From assembly GCA_016840085.1 (NCBI GenBank), contig JAEOTA010000027.1:1-48957 (forward strand): 48,957 nt of DNA. The letters run 5' to 3'. Source of the stretch: Promethearchaeota archaeon (GTDB lineage: Archaea; Asgardarchaeota; Lokiarchaeia; Sigyniarchaeales; SOKP01). The position numbers were made by a program, and so were the translations under genes. Shown here one piece after another: positions 9,860-17,987 of the stretch (position 1 is its first letter; each line of letters starts with the position of its first letter). A model generated the notes under the pieces. That model was not told the origin of the DNA and did no database searches. It was given only the letters and a program-made list of their open reading frames with translations.

Positions 9860-10288
9860 ATGCCAAAACCAGTTACTCCTTTGCTAACAGTAGATGCAGT
9901 AATTTTATTTAATAATAAAAAAGATATAGTTCTAATTCGTCGAAAAAATCCACCTTTTCAAGGGCAACTAGCATTACCTGGTGGTTTTGTGGACGTAGGA
10001 GAAACAGTAGAATCTGCATGTGTTCGTGAAGCAAAAGAGGAGACAAATATTGATGTAAAGATCATTAAACTTATTGGTGTTTTTTCGGACCCTAAACGAG
10101 ATCCAAGAGGACATACTGTTTCTATTGCCTTATTATGTGAACCAGTATCTAAAAAAGAGAAGCCGAAAGCTTTAGATGATGCGGCATCATTAGAAATAGT
10201 ATCTTTATCAAAAATTTCATCAATGAAATTAGCTTTTGATCATATGGAAATAATTAAAAAGTCTGGGATTTTAGACGAAAAAATTTAG
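9860..10288 (+). CDS. NUDIX hydrolase (ADP-ribose pyrophosphatase-like)
   Basis: PGGFVDVGETVESACVREAKEET Nudix box; RDPRGH; LAFDH. Confidence 0.93.
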   Translation: MPKPVTPLLTVDAVILFNNKKDIVLIRRKNPPFQGQLALPGGFVDVGETVESACVREAKEETNIDVKIIKLIGVFSDPKRDPRGHTVSIALLCEPVSKKEKPKALDDAASLEIVSLSKISSMKLAFDHMEIIKKSGILDEKI

Positions 10289-10315
10289 TTTTTAACAAAA
10301 TTTAAAGCTAAATTT

Positions 10316-10723
10316 TCATTCTAATTCCTTTATTTCATAGAGATTTTGGTATCTATCCTTAATAAAAAGATAATACCCACTACTATCCTTTCTAGGAACT
10401 TTAATTATTGAAAATCCCATATAAGATGCTCTATCTACAAATATATCTCGATCTTTTATTAATATGCAAGTATGAGAGAACGTATCTTTTGCTTTACTTT
10501 CATCATCAGTAATAAATACTTCAAAACTTAGAGAATCTTTTTCATATCTTACAATTTTTTGGGTCTTATTCACACCAAAAAATTTATGCATCAGATCTGC
10601 AGAAACTTCAAATGATCTTATTTTTACCAAACCAAGTAATTCAATAAAGAATTTATCAGAATCGTCTTCTTTATTTGAAGCAATTGCAATGTGTTCAATT
10701 TCTTTTTCACTCATTATTCTCAT
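10316..10723 (-). CDS. VOC/glyoxalase family protein
   Basis: IEHIAI..., FFIELLGL, SHTCI and FIKDRYQNLYEI VOC pattern. Confidence 0.8.
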   Translation of the reverse strand: MRIMSEKEIEHIAIASNKEDDSDKFFIELLGLVKIRSFEVSADLMHKFFGVNKTQKIVRYEKDSLSFEVFITDDESKAKDTFSHTCILIKDRDIFVDRASYMGFSIIKVPRKDSSGYYLFIKDRYQNLYEIKELE

Positions 10724-10902
10724 CTCTCAAATAATCTTTTATATACGATTAACTAATATTTATTCATTTAAGTGTTTAGTTAATTATTAACAGCCAATTA
10801 TTTTGTATCGAGAATTTGTTTAAAATTTAAAAATTTTAAGATTTTTATATAAATATTAGGGAAAAAAAAAAATAAATATAATAAGGTTAAGGTATTTAGT
10901 GG

Positions 10903-11772
10903 ATGACTGAAGTTTCTGAAGAAGAATTCTTATATAAGCTTTTAGAAGTCGTACACAAACTTTCAAACATTGCAAAAACACAAGCTTATCGTTTAAATAA
11001 AAAATGGGATGAATATTTTAAACCATTAAATGAGAAACCTCATGTTGTTCGTGAAATTCCATTAGTTAAAGATAAATTCCTAAACGAAATTGATTATAGA
11101 ATTGAAGTATTAAAGAATGTTGAACAAGCCATAGTTGATGGTTTTCATTCTATAAAGTCAATATTAAAGACAATATATGGCCAATATTTTGATTCTGAAC
11201 TGTTTAGAAAAGATTTTTCCGGGGAGGATCAGATAATTTTAAAATATTTAGTAGCTAAAGAAATTTTAGGAAATTTAATACAATATAATAAAATGGATCA
11301 TGAATCTGTCCCTATAAAATACAATATAGTTGCAAGGAATTATACCTTACTAAAAATAAAAGGTCAATCAGACCAGGAAATTTTAGATAGTTTAAATAAA
11401 TTAAATATTAAGGATATAAACTTAACCAATTTAAATGAATTTATGGAAAAAGTTAAAGCAGATGGTATAATAGAAATTAAGAAAAAGGGAAAAAATAATT
11501 TTTACGAATTAAAGAAAGAATTAGAATTAACTAAAGAAGGAAAATTACAGTATAAAGCTCTATTAGCACCTTTAGTAGATTGGCCTACATTATTTTGGAG
11601 AAGTTTCTATAATATTAGAGAATTAAATGTTACTCCTGAAGAAACAATTCCCTACTATGATTTCCTAATTAAAATTCTAACCAAATCTGCTACTCAAGGA
11701 TTTTCGCCAACTCATTATGTTTTTAAAAATTTAGTAAAATATTATGAGAAAATTAAGGAAAAGTCTAAATAA
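10903..11772 (+). CDS. Hypothetical protein with probable central winged-helix segment
   Basis: QEILDSL...LNEFMEKVKADGIIEIKKKGKNNFYEL...LTKEG resembles a wHTH recognition helix and wing. Confidence 0.6.
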   Translation: MTEVSEEEFLYKLLEVVHKLSNIAKTQAYRLNKKWDEYFKPLNEKPHVVREIPLVKDKFLNEIDYRIEVLKNVEQAIVDGFHSIKSILKTIYGQYFDSELFRKDFSGEDQIILKYLVAKEILGNLIQYNKMDHESVPIKYNIVARNYTLLKIKGQSDQEILDSLNKLNIKDINLTNLNEFMEKVKADGIIEIKKKGKNNFYELKKELELTKEGKLQYKALLAPLVDWPTLFWRSFYNIRELNVTPEETIPYYDFLIKILTKSATQGFSPTHYVFKNLVKYYEKIKEKSK

Positions 11773-11802
11773 TTTCAATAACACTTTTTAACTTCTTATA
11801 GT

Positions 11803-12669
11803 TTAAAACTCTTTTGTCTTCTTTATTGGAATTTCAAACTCTTCCAAAAGCGGAATTAAATATTTTTTATCGTTAGAATTTGTTCCTTTCCAGTCGATAA
11901 TGAAATAATCAATTTTTTCAAGAGTATTTCTAATCATTTTCTTTATTAAATCTTTATTTAGTTGCTGTATATAATATTTAGGACAAATAAAAGACATTGC
12001 CACATTCTTAGTTCGAATTAATCTATTAAAATTAGGAGCATAATGTGTTCCTCCAAAACCTAACCCTATTATATCACTTTTTTTTTCTTTTAGTTCTAAG
12101 TATTTGATGATTGTATTAATAGTTACTTTGGCAAGTAGTTCGCCAGCTTCATTAATAATCCACTCTTCCTTCTTACTCCCTAATTCCATGAATATTAAGG
12201 GTTTTTCTAATCTCGTAGGACCATGATGTGTTACTTCAATATCTATTGAAAACTTTTCTAATTGTGGTGGAAATTCTTGTTTAATCAATGAAAAAAATCC
12301 TGCCTTGTGAAGTAAAGCACTAGTTTTTGATAAATCTTGAGATTCCCCTCCAAAATTTACCTCTTCTGTCCAATTTCCTGTTGTATGGACTAAAAATGCT
12401 GGTCGAGTAGTTTTTGAGGTATGGCGGCTAGCAAAAATAAGTAATTCAGGATTTAACTCAGATTTATCCAATTTTAAGTCATTTAGAAAGATTAAAGGAT
12501 CATTAGTAAGCCCAAGAATTACTTCATTTTCAGTAGACTCCATCTTTAATTTAAAAACGGGATTTTCATGCCACGTGAAATTTGTCTTTTCGAAATTGTA
12601 AACTTTAGAATCTAAAAATTTTTCTCTTATGTTCATTGAAGCTTTATCTTCGTTGGAAGTAATGATCAT
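11803..12669 (-). CDS. dtdA: D-aminoacyl-tRNA deacylase (archaeal DTD2/GEK1 type)
   Basis: DxASMNI, FASRHTS, VHTTGN, EVTHHGPT, FMELGS and GFGGTHYAP motifs. Confidence 0.95.
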   Translation of the reverse strand: MIITSNEDKASMNIREKFLDSKVYNFEKTNFTWHENPVFKLKMESTENEVILGLTNDPLIFLNDLKLDKSELNPELLIFASRHTSKTTRPAFLVHTTGNWTEEVNFGGESQDLSKTSALLHKAGFFSLIKQEFPPQLEKFSIDIEVTHHGPTRLEKPLIFMELGSKKEEWIINEAGELLAKVTINTIIKYLELKEKKSDIIGLGFGGTHYAPNFNRLIRTKNVAMSFICPKYYIQQLNKDLIKKMIRNTLEKIDYFIIDWKGTNSNDKKYLIPLLEEFEIPIKKTKEF

Positions 12670-12792
12670 GAACTCGATTAAATATCACCTATGAGCCATT
12701 CCTTTCTTTATAATTATCAAAATCAATAAAAATTTTATATTTTTTGTTAATTACTACAACTTTATTAAATCTTAAATCTATTTTCAATAATA

Positions 12793-13758
12793 ATGAGTGT
12801 TAATTTAATAATAGTTGTAATTCTTTCTCTAGCTTTTGGAATCTTATTTTTTATCGCAGATTATTTTGAAAATAAACTTATTCAAGTCCATGCTTCATTA
12901 ATAGCAGGAATATCAGTATCGTATTTCTTCCTAATAGTGCTTCCTGAAATTGCTGAAAGATTACCAGAGTTTCCTTTTCATTTAAAATTATTTGAATACC
13001 TCTTTGTACTTATCGGTTTTTCATTTATTCATGTATCTGAGAAGTTAATGGTACAAAAAGTTGAAGTAAACACTCAAAGAAAAATGAGAAAATTACTCAA
13101 AAAAGAAAAAATTTTAGAAAGTGTTGAGCATAATATGGAAAAAATTCTTACAAAAGAATTAAAACATGAAAATCTAGATGAAATTGCATTAAGAGAAATA
13201 GCTCAGAAACTTTCTGAATTAAATAAACAAGAAGAGACAATGAAATTAGAAATAAATAACTATAAAATTAAGATTCAAAATAAGATTAATAGAGAGTTAA
13301 CTAACTTCCGGTTTATTACAGATTATGTTTATCACTTTCTTGTAGGTATTATTTTAATAGGATTATTGACTATTAATGAATTAATAGGAGCAATTCTCTT
13401 TTTCATATACGCCTTGTTTAGAACTGTCGTAACTAAACGATCTGAAGCACATCTCATATTTACTGATTTAGAGATCTATGAAGATCAAAAGTTTGAAGTA
13501 AAACCTATTATTAAGTATATTTCATCTAGTTCAACTCTAACGGGTATTATAATTGGATTAATTATTAAATTATTTTTACCAGTTAATTTAGAACTCCTAT
13601 TTATTTTCTATTCCTTTATTTCTGGCGTAATTTTATACGTCATAGTACGAGAAGTCATTCCTGAAAAAGAAAAAGGAGATCCTATAAAGTTTTTGGTTGG
13701 TTTAGTTGGTTTCTCAATTATCATAATAATTATTAATATTTTTACAAATGTCTTGTAA
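12793..13758 (+). CDS. ZIP-like membrane protein with a long coiled-coil loop
   Basis: IAGISVSYFFLIVLPE and FISGVILYVIVREVIPE resemble ZIP TM2/TM7; charged helical insert of about 90 aa. Confidence 0.6.
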   Translation: MSVNLIIVVILSLAFGILFFIADYFENKLIQVHASLIAGISVSYFFLIVLPEIAERLPEFPFHLKLFEYLFVLIGFSFIHVSEKLMVQKVEVNTQRKMRKLLKKEKILESVEHNMEKILTKELKHENLDEIALREIAQKLSELNKQEETMKLEINNYKIKIQNKINRELTNFRFITDYVYHFLVGIILIGLLTINELIGAILFFIYALFRTVVTKRSEAHLIFTDLEIYEDQKFEVKPIIKYISSSSTLTGIIIGLIIKLFLPVNLELLFIFYSFISGVILYVIVREVIPEKEKGDPIKFLVGLVGFSIIIIIINIFTNVL

Positions 13759-13901
13759 ATTATGTAAATTTATATAGTATTTTTAAAATTTATAACTTAA
13801 AAGCCATAAATCAAATCCTCTTATTTTTGAATATATCCCTGCTTAAAAAGATTTAAATTCATTAAAACTAAGTTTAAATTAAAGTGAGGTTATGAAATAA
13901 A

Positions 13902-14468
13902 ATGGATATGAAGAAAAAAAGTTTTAATGAATTATTATCAATAGATAATGATGATAAAAAAATCATCGAAATGATTGAAAAAAATCCCGATATTACTCAT
14001 AGCGATATAGCTAAGGAGATCGAAAAATCTCAACCTGCTGTTGGTGCCCGAATCATAAAGTTAGAAAGAAAAAATTTACTTACAAAACAAGTGGGCTTTA
14101 ATATTAAAAAAGTTGATATTAAAGTTGCAATAGTTTATATTTCTACTAAAGATGTTGAGAATATTGTTAATAAAATTGAAAATTGTCCATTTATTAATCA
14201 TGCCTTTAAAATCTCTGGTGAATTTAATGTACTTTGTTTCATCGCAGCTTCTGATCTTCAAACAATCGAAAAACTAGTAGATTTATGTTTTAGGCGTGAT
14301 GAAAATGTTGTTAATGTCAAAACTAATATTTTAATAGAATCTATTCATGATTTTGTTGTCCCAATTGATTTTCAAATCGAAGATTTTGACGGGAGGTACT
14401 GTGGTCCTGAATGTAACATGCGGGACGAATTACCTAAGTTTAAATTCGGTCAGGAAATTGAGGAATAA
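13902..14468 (+). CDS. Lrp/AsnC family transcriptional regulator
   Basis: DNDDKKII..HTH (THSDIAKEIEKSQPAVGARIIKLE) plus RAM domain (FKISGEFN); C-terminal CGPEC. Confidence 0.9.
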   Translation: MDMKKKSFNELLSIDNDDKKIIEMIEKNPDITHSDIAKEIEKSQPAVGARIIKLERKNLLTKQVGFNIKKVDIKVAIVYISTKDVENIVNKIENCPFINHAFKISGEFNVLCFIAASDLQTIEKLVDLCFRRDENVVNVKTNILIESIHDFVVPIDFQIEDFDGRYCGPECNMRDELPKFKFGQEIEE

Positions 14469-14548
14469 GTAAATAAACTGGTTTTTCTTTCATTAAATTT
14501 TTTCTAAAGTAGAATTATAAAAACATATTGTAATATACAAAAAAAAGT

Positions 14549-15103
14549 CTAAGTATCAATCAATTTAACCAAACCCCTTTCTTTAGCTATTTTATACTTG
14601 CATTTTGGGCCACACCCTTCTTCAATGGTTGGGTCATGGTCTTCTGAATCAAAATCAATGGGTAGAATAAAATCTTTAGCTATATCAATAATTACTTCCA
14701 TTGATACTGAAGAGATCGAGGGATTATCTCTAAAATGATAATTGATTACATTATCTAATTTTTCGAGTTTAGAGCTTGCGAGTAGTATGCACACATTATG
14801 TGCCCCACTTAGACGAAATGCATTAAGCATAAAAGGACAAAAACGAGCCATATCAAGGATTTCTTCTGGATTCTTTGTTTGAATTTCTACAGTAGCTAAA
14901 AAAAGATCAACTTTCCTAAAATTGATACCTGGCTGGAATTGTAAAACGCCATTTTTTTCAAGTTTTTTAATTCTCATACCGACCGTTGGTTGTGATCTAT
15001 TTATCTTTGTAGCAATTTCAGTATGTGTAAGAGCTGGATTATCCTGAACAAGCGAGATAATTTGTCTATCAATATCATCAAGCTTTAATTTATCTGATAT
15101 CAT
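14549..15103 (-). CDS. Lrp/AsnC family transcriptional regulator
   Basis: LDDIDRQII..THTEIA..RSQPTVGMRIKKLE; FRLSG; C-terminal CGPKC. Confidence 0.92.
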   Translation of the reverse strand: MISDKLKLDDIDRQIISLVQDNPALTHTEIATKINRSQPTVGMRIKKLEKNGVLQFQPGINFRKVDLFLATVEIQTKNPEEILDMARFCPFMLNAFRLSGAHNVCILLASSKLEKLDNVINYHFRDNPSISSVSMEVIIDIAKDFILPIDFDSEDHDPTIEEGCGPKCKYKIAKERGLVKLIDT

Positions 15104-15187
15104 AATGATCCTAAAAAAATGTTTACTTTATATTAAGAAATAGTTTTTCAAATTTATCTATTTATAATTAATTAATCAATTTTATTA

Positions 15188-15856
15188 TTAAAACTCAGAT
15201 AATGGAATTCGTCCATTATAATAAATCATCCTACCATCAAAACTAATTTGGTTGGCAATAATTTTAACACCTTTTTTTCTTGCTTCACTTAATTTTTTTG
15301 AAAATTTTGGATCCGTTTTTGTATTCGGCGCAAAGCTTTCTGCCTTTCGGACAATTAAAAAAAGAATTATACCATTATGATTTATAATTTCCACCACATG
15401 ACGAGTTCCACGCTCAGTCGGAGCATCGGGAAATAATGCTATACCCTCCTTCACCAATGAGACACCTTTTACTTCCAATGGGACATCATCTAGCAGAAAA
15501 TCAATTCTACTATTGCCTATTTTTACTTCTCTCTTAATTTTTTTTACTTCTGAAAATTCTGGTAAATATTCAAATACTTTTTGAGCGATTCTCGAATGAA
15601 GCGCTGTGTCTATTAATATCCATTCTTCGTCTGCCTTAACCGCTTTAATATAATATTTCAACTTACCCTGTGAATATGTGAATAACACTTCAGCACCTTC
15701 AAAAAGCAATTCTTTTAACCTACCAGGATCATGAATATGAGCTGTTTCAATGCGGTCTTTATACTTGATTTCTCCTATAAACCTATTTGGTCTTGCTATA
15801 AATTCACCTTTCATTAAATTAGGGATCTCAAATAAAGGCCATTTTCTTACCGACAT
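15188..15856 (-). CDS. sfsA: DNA/RNA nuclease SfsA
   Basis: RPNRF, HIHDPGRLKELL, SRIDFLL, EVKGVSL, FPDAPTERG. Confidence 0.95.
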   Translation of the reverse strand: MSVRKWPLFEIPNLMKGEFIARPNRFIGEIKYKDRIETAHIHDPGRLKELLFEGAEVLFTYSQGKLKYYIKAVKADEEWILIDTALHSRIAQKVFEYLPEFSEVKKIKREVKIGNSRIDFLLDDVPLEVKGVSLVKEGIALFPDAPTERGTRHVVEIINHNGIILFLIVRKAESFAPNTKTDPKFSKKLSEARKKGVKIIANQISFDGRMIYYNGRIPLSEF

Positions 15857-15974
15857 TTAAAAATTTAATTTCTAAGGTTTTCTATTTAGATTAATTTATC
15901 CTGCTATATTAAAGGATTTTGTTATAATGTATAAACCAAATAGATAAAAACATATCCTTATTTGAGTAATTATA

Positions 15975-16214
15975 ATGAGTGAAGCAAAGAATCGAAGCAA
16001 TATTGAAAGCTATAAATTTCATCATATAGATATAAATAAATGTAGCAAATGTAAGGAATTTTCATGTGAAGATGTATGTTTTAGAGGTATTTATGAAGTT
16101 ATTAATAAAGATTCTACACCTAAATGTATAGTTGTCGAAGATCGTGAAGATCGCTGTGTAAAATGCCACATCTGCACAACTACGTGCAAAGCTAAAGCAA
16201 TAACTATAGATTAA
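15975..16214 (+). CDS. 2x[4Fe-4S] ferredoxin
   Basis: CSKCKEFSCEDVC and CVKCHICTTTC..AI. Confidence 0.85.
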   Translation: MSEAKNRSNIESYKFHHIDINKCSKCKEFSCEDVCFRGIYEVINKDSTPKCIVVEDREDRCVKCHICTTTCKAKAITID

Positions 16215-16271
16215 TATGGTTTAGATAGAACTCTAATTTTAAAAATAGATTTCTAATGAAATTTAAAAAAA

Positions 16272-16784
16272 TTAGAAGTTACATTGTTCACAACAATTAT
16301 TATTTAAAATAATTTGACCATTTTCAAGATTAAGGTTTATAGGCAACACGAAATCATTTGCAACATCAGCAATAACGTCTATGTGAACATTTAAAACATT
16401 TGGATTACTTCTGAAATGATTATTTATAATCTTATCAATATCTTTAAAGCTTAAACCAGCAATTATAACACTGATATTAATATCTCCACTTAACCTGAAA
16501 GCATTAAGCATGAAAGGACATTCTTTAACTATTTTAAAGGCTTCTTGGGGGTTTTTTGTTAGTATTTCGACTCGAGCAAAACAAAGATCTGCTACTTTAA
16601 TATTTATGCCTGCCTGAAATTTCAAAACTCCTAAATTTTCAAGTTTTTTTATCCTCATCCCTACAGTAGGCTGACTTCGATTCACATGTTCTGCAATTTC
16701 AGTATGCGTAAGATTTGGTTCTCTTTGGATTAAATCCATAATTTTACAATCGATATCATCAATTCCTATTTTTTTACTTAACAT
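16272..16784 (-). CDS. Lrp/AsnC family transcriptional regulator
   Basis: IDDIDCKIM..THTEIAEHVNRSQPTVGMRIKKLE; CPFMLNAFRLSG; C-terminal CCEQC. Confidence 0.92.
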   Translation of the reverse strand: MLSKKIGIDDIDCKIMDLIQREPNLTHTEIAEHVNRSQPTVGMRIKKLENLGVLKFQAGINIKVADLCFARVEILTKNPQEAFKIVKECPFMLNAFRLSGDINISVIIAGLSFKDIDKIINNHFRSNPNVLNVHIDVIADVANDFVLPINLNLENGQIILNNNCCEQCNF

Positions 16785-16819
16785 TTTCCTTTCTCAATTT
16801 TTAATATAAAGGGGCAAAA

Positions 16820-16859
16820 TAATATTTATATACTGCGGTATCGCGATATATAAATATTA
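16820..16859. promoter_or_regulatory. 13-bp inverted repeat (TATA-like boxes on both strands) around a GC-rich spacer in the divergent lrp/arsR intergenic region
   Basis: taatatttatata-ctgcggtatcgcga-tatataaatatta; contains the palindrome TATCGCGATA (16839-16848). Confidence 0.55.
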
Positions 16860-16982
16860 CGATAGTTTAATATTTAAATCTTTGTGATTTTTGTATTAAT
16901 AAGAAAAAATTAATAATCCATTAAAATAAGCTTTAAAAACTAATAAAAAGAAATATACTAATATAACAATTCTGGAAATTAA

Positions 16983-17318
16983 ATGAGTGAATTAAGAAAA
17001 TATACTATTGATTTTTTAAGAGTATTGGCTGATCCAACACGATTAGAAATTCTGGATCTTTTAAAGAATGGTGAAAAAAACGCATCAGAAATTCAGAAAA
17101 GTCTTAGTAGATCTCAATCAACAATTTCTAAGCACCTAAATTTGCTTACTGATAATAATCTTATTTATTTTAAGAAAAAAGATAATATAAAATATTATAA
17201 GATAAAAAATCTTGAAATTTTTAATCTAATTTCTGACATAAATTCAATTGTTGCGAAGATTAATAAAGAAAAGTTTAAAGATTTGAGAGATATCGATATT
17301 TACGATACATTATCTTAA
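16983..17318 (+). CDS. ArsR/SmtB family transcriptional regulator
   Basis: LADPTRLEILDLL...SQSTISKHLNLL..NLI..K.D..KYY. Confidence 0.92.
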   Translation: MSELRKYTIDFLRVLADPTRLEILDLLKNGEKNASEIQKSLSRSQSTISKHLNLLTDNNLIYFKKKDNIKYYKIKNLEIFNLISDINSIVAKINKEKFKDLRDIDIYDTLS

Positions 17319-17356
17319 CTTTTTAGTATATAAAATATATCTAAAAACTTTCAAAA

Positions 17357-17908
17357 ATGATGAAAACTAAAAATAACAATGAAGCTAATAAAGATACGAT
17401 GAAAATTGTATTAATTGGATTGGATAATAGTGGGAAAACTTCAATATTAAAGTGTTTGAAGGGTATTAAGAGGATATCTGCTTTTAATTTTCCAATGCCT
17501 ACGAAAGGTCTTGATGTACAAGATTTTGAAGCTTTAAATTCGAAATATACAATTTGGGATCTTGGCGGCCAAGAAATGTATATTGATGATTATTTAAAAG
17601 ATTTTGAGAAATATATCAAGAGAGCAAGTAAAATTATATACGTAATTGATATTCAAGATGTTAATCGTTATGAAATTGCGCTTGAATATATGAAAAACGT
17701 GATAAATTCAATTGATATTGAAACCTATATTGAATTTTCTATTTTTCTACATAAATTTGATCCAGACTTGGTATTTGATCAAAATTTAAATGAAAAAGTT
17801 ATTGATGATTTTGTTAAAAAAATAAAAGATATAACACCTCCAAAATTTATCAATTCGATTTATAAAACATCGATATTTGCAGTTTTTGAAAAATCAACAA
17901 TTAGCTAA
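17357..17908 (+). CDS. Small GTPase, Rag/Gtr-Arf-like (Asgard type)
   Basis: G1 GLDNSGKTS, G2 PTKG, G3 WDLGGQ, G4 HKFD, G5 TSIF. Confidence 0.93.
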   Translation: MMKTKNNNEANKDTMKIVLIGLDNSGKTSILKCLKGIKRISAFNFPMPTKGLDVQDFEALNSKYTIWDLGGQEMYIDDYLKDFEKYIKRASKIIYVIDIQDVNRYEIALEYMKNVINSIDIETYIEFSIFLHKFDPDLVFDQNLNEKVIDDFVKKIKDITPPKFINSIYKTSIFAVFEKSTIS

Positions 17909-17987
17909 CAAATTTTTTATAATTATTTTAAACTATTTTAATATCAATTAAAAATATTAGATTTTTATTGAACTAAATAATTTTAAA

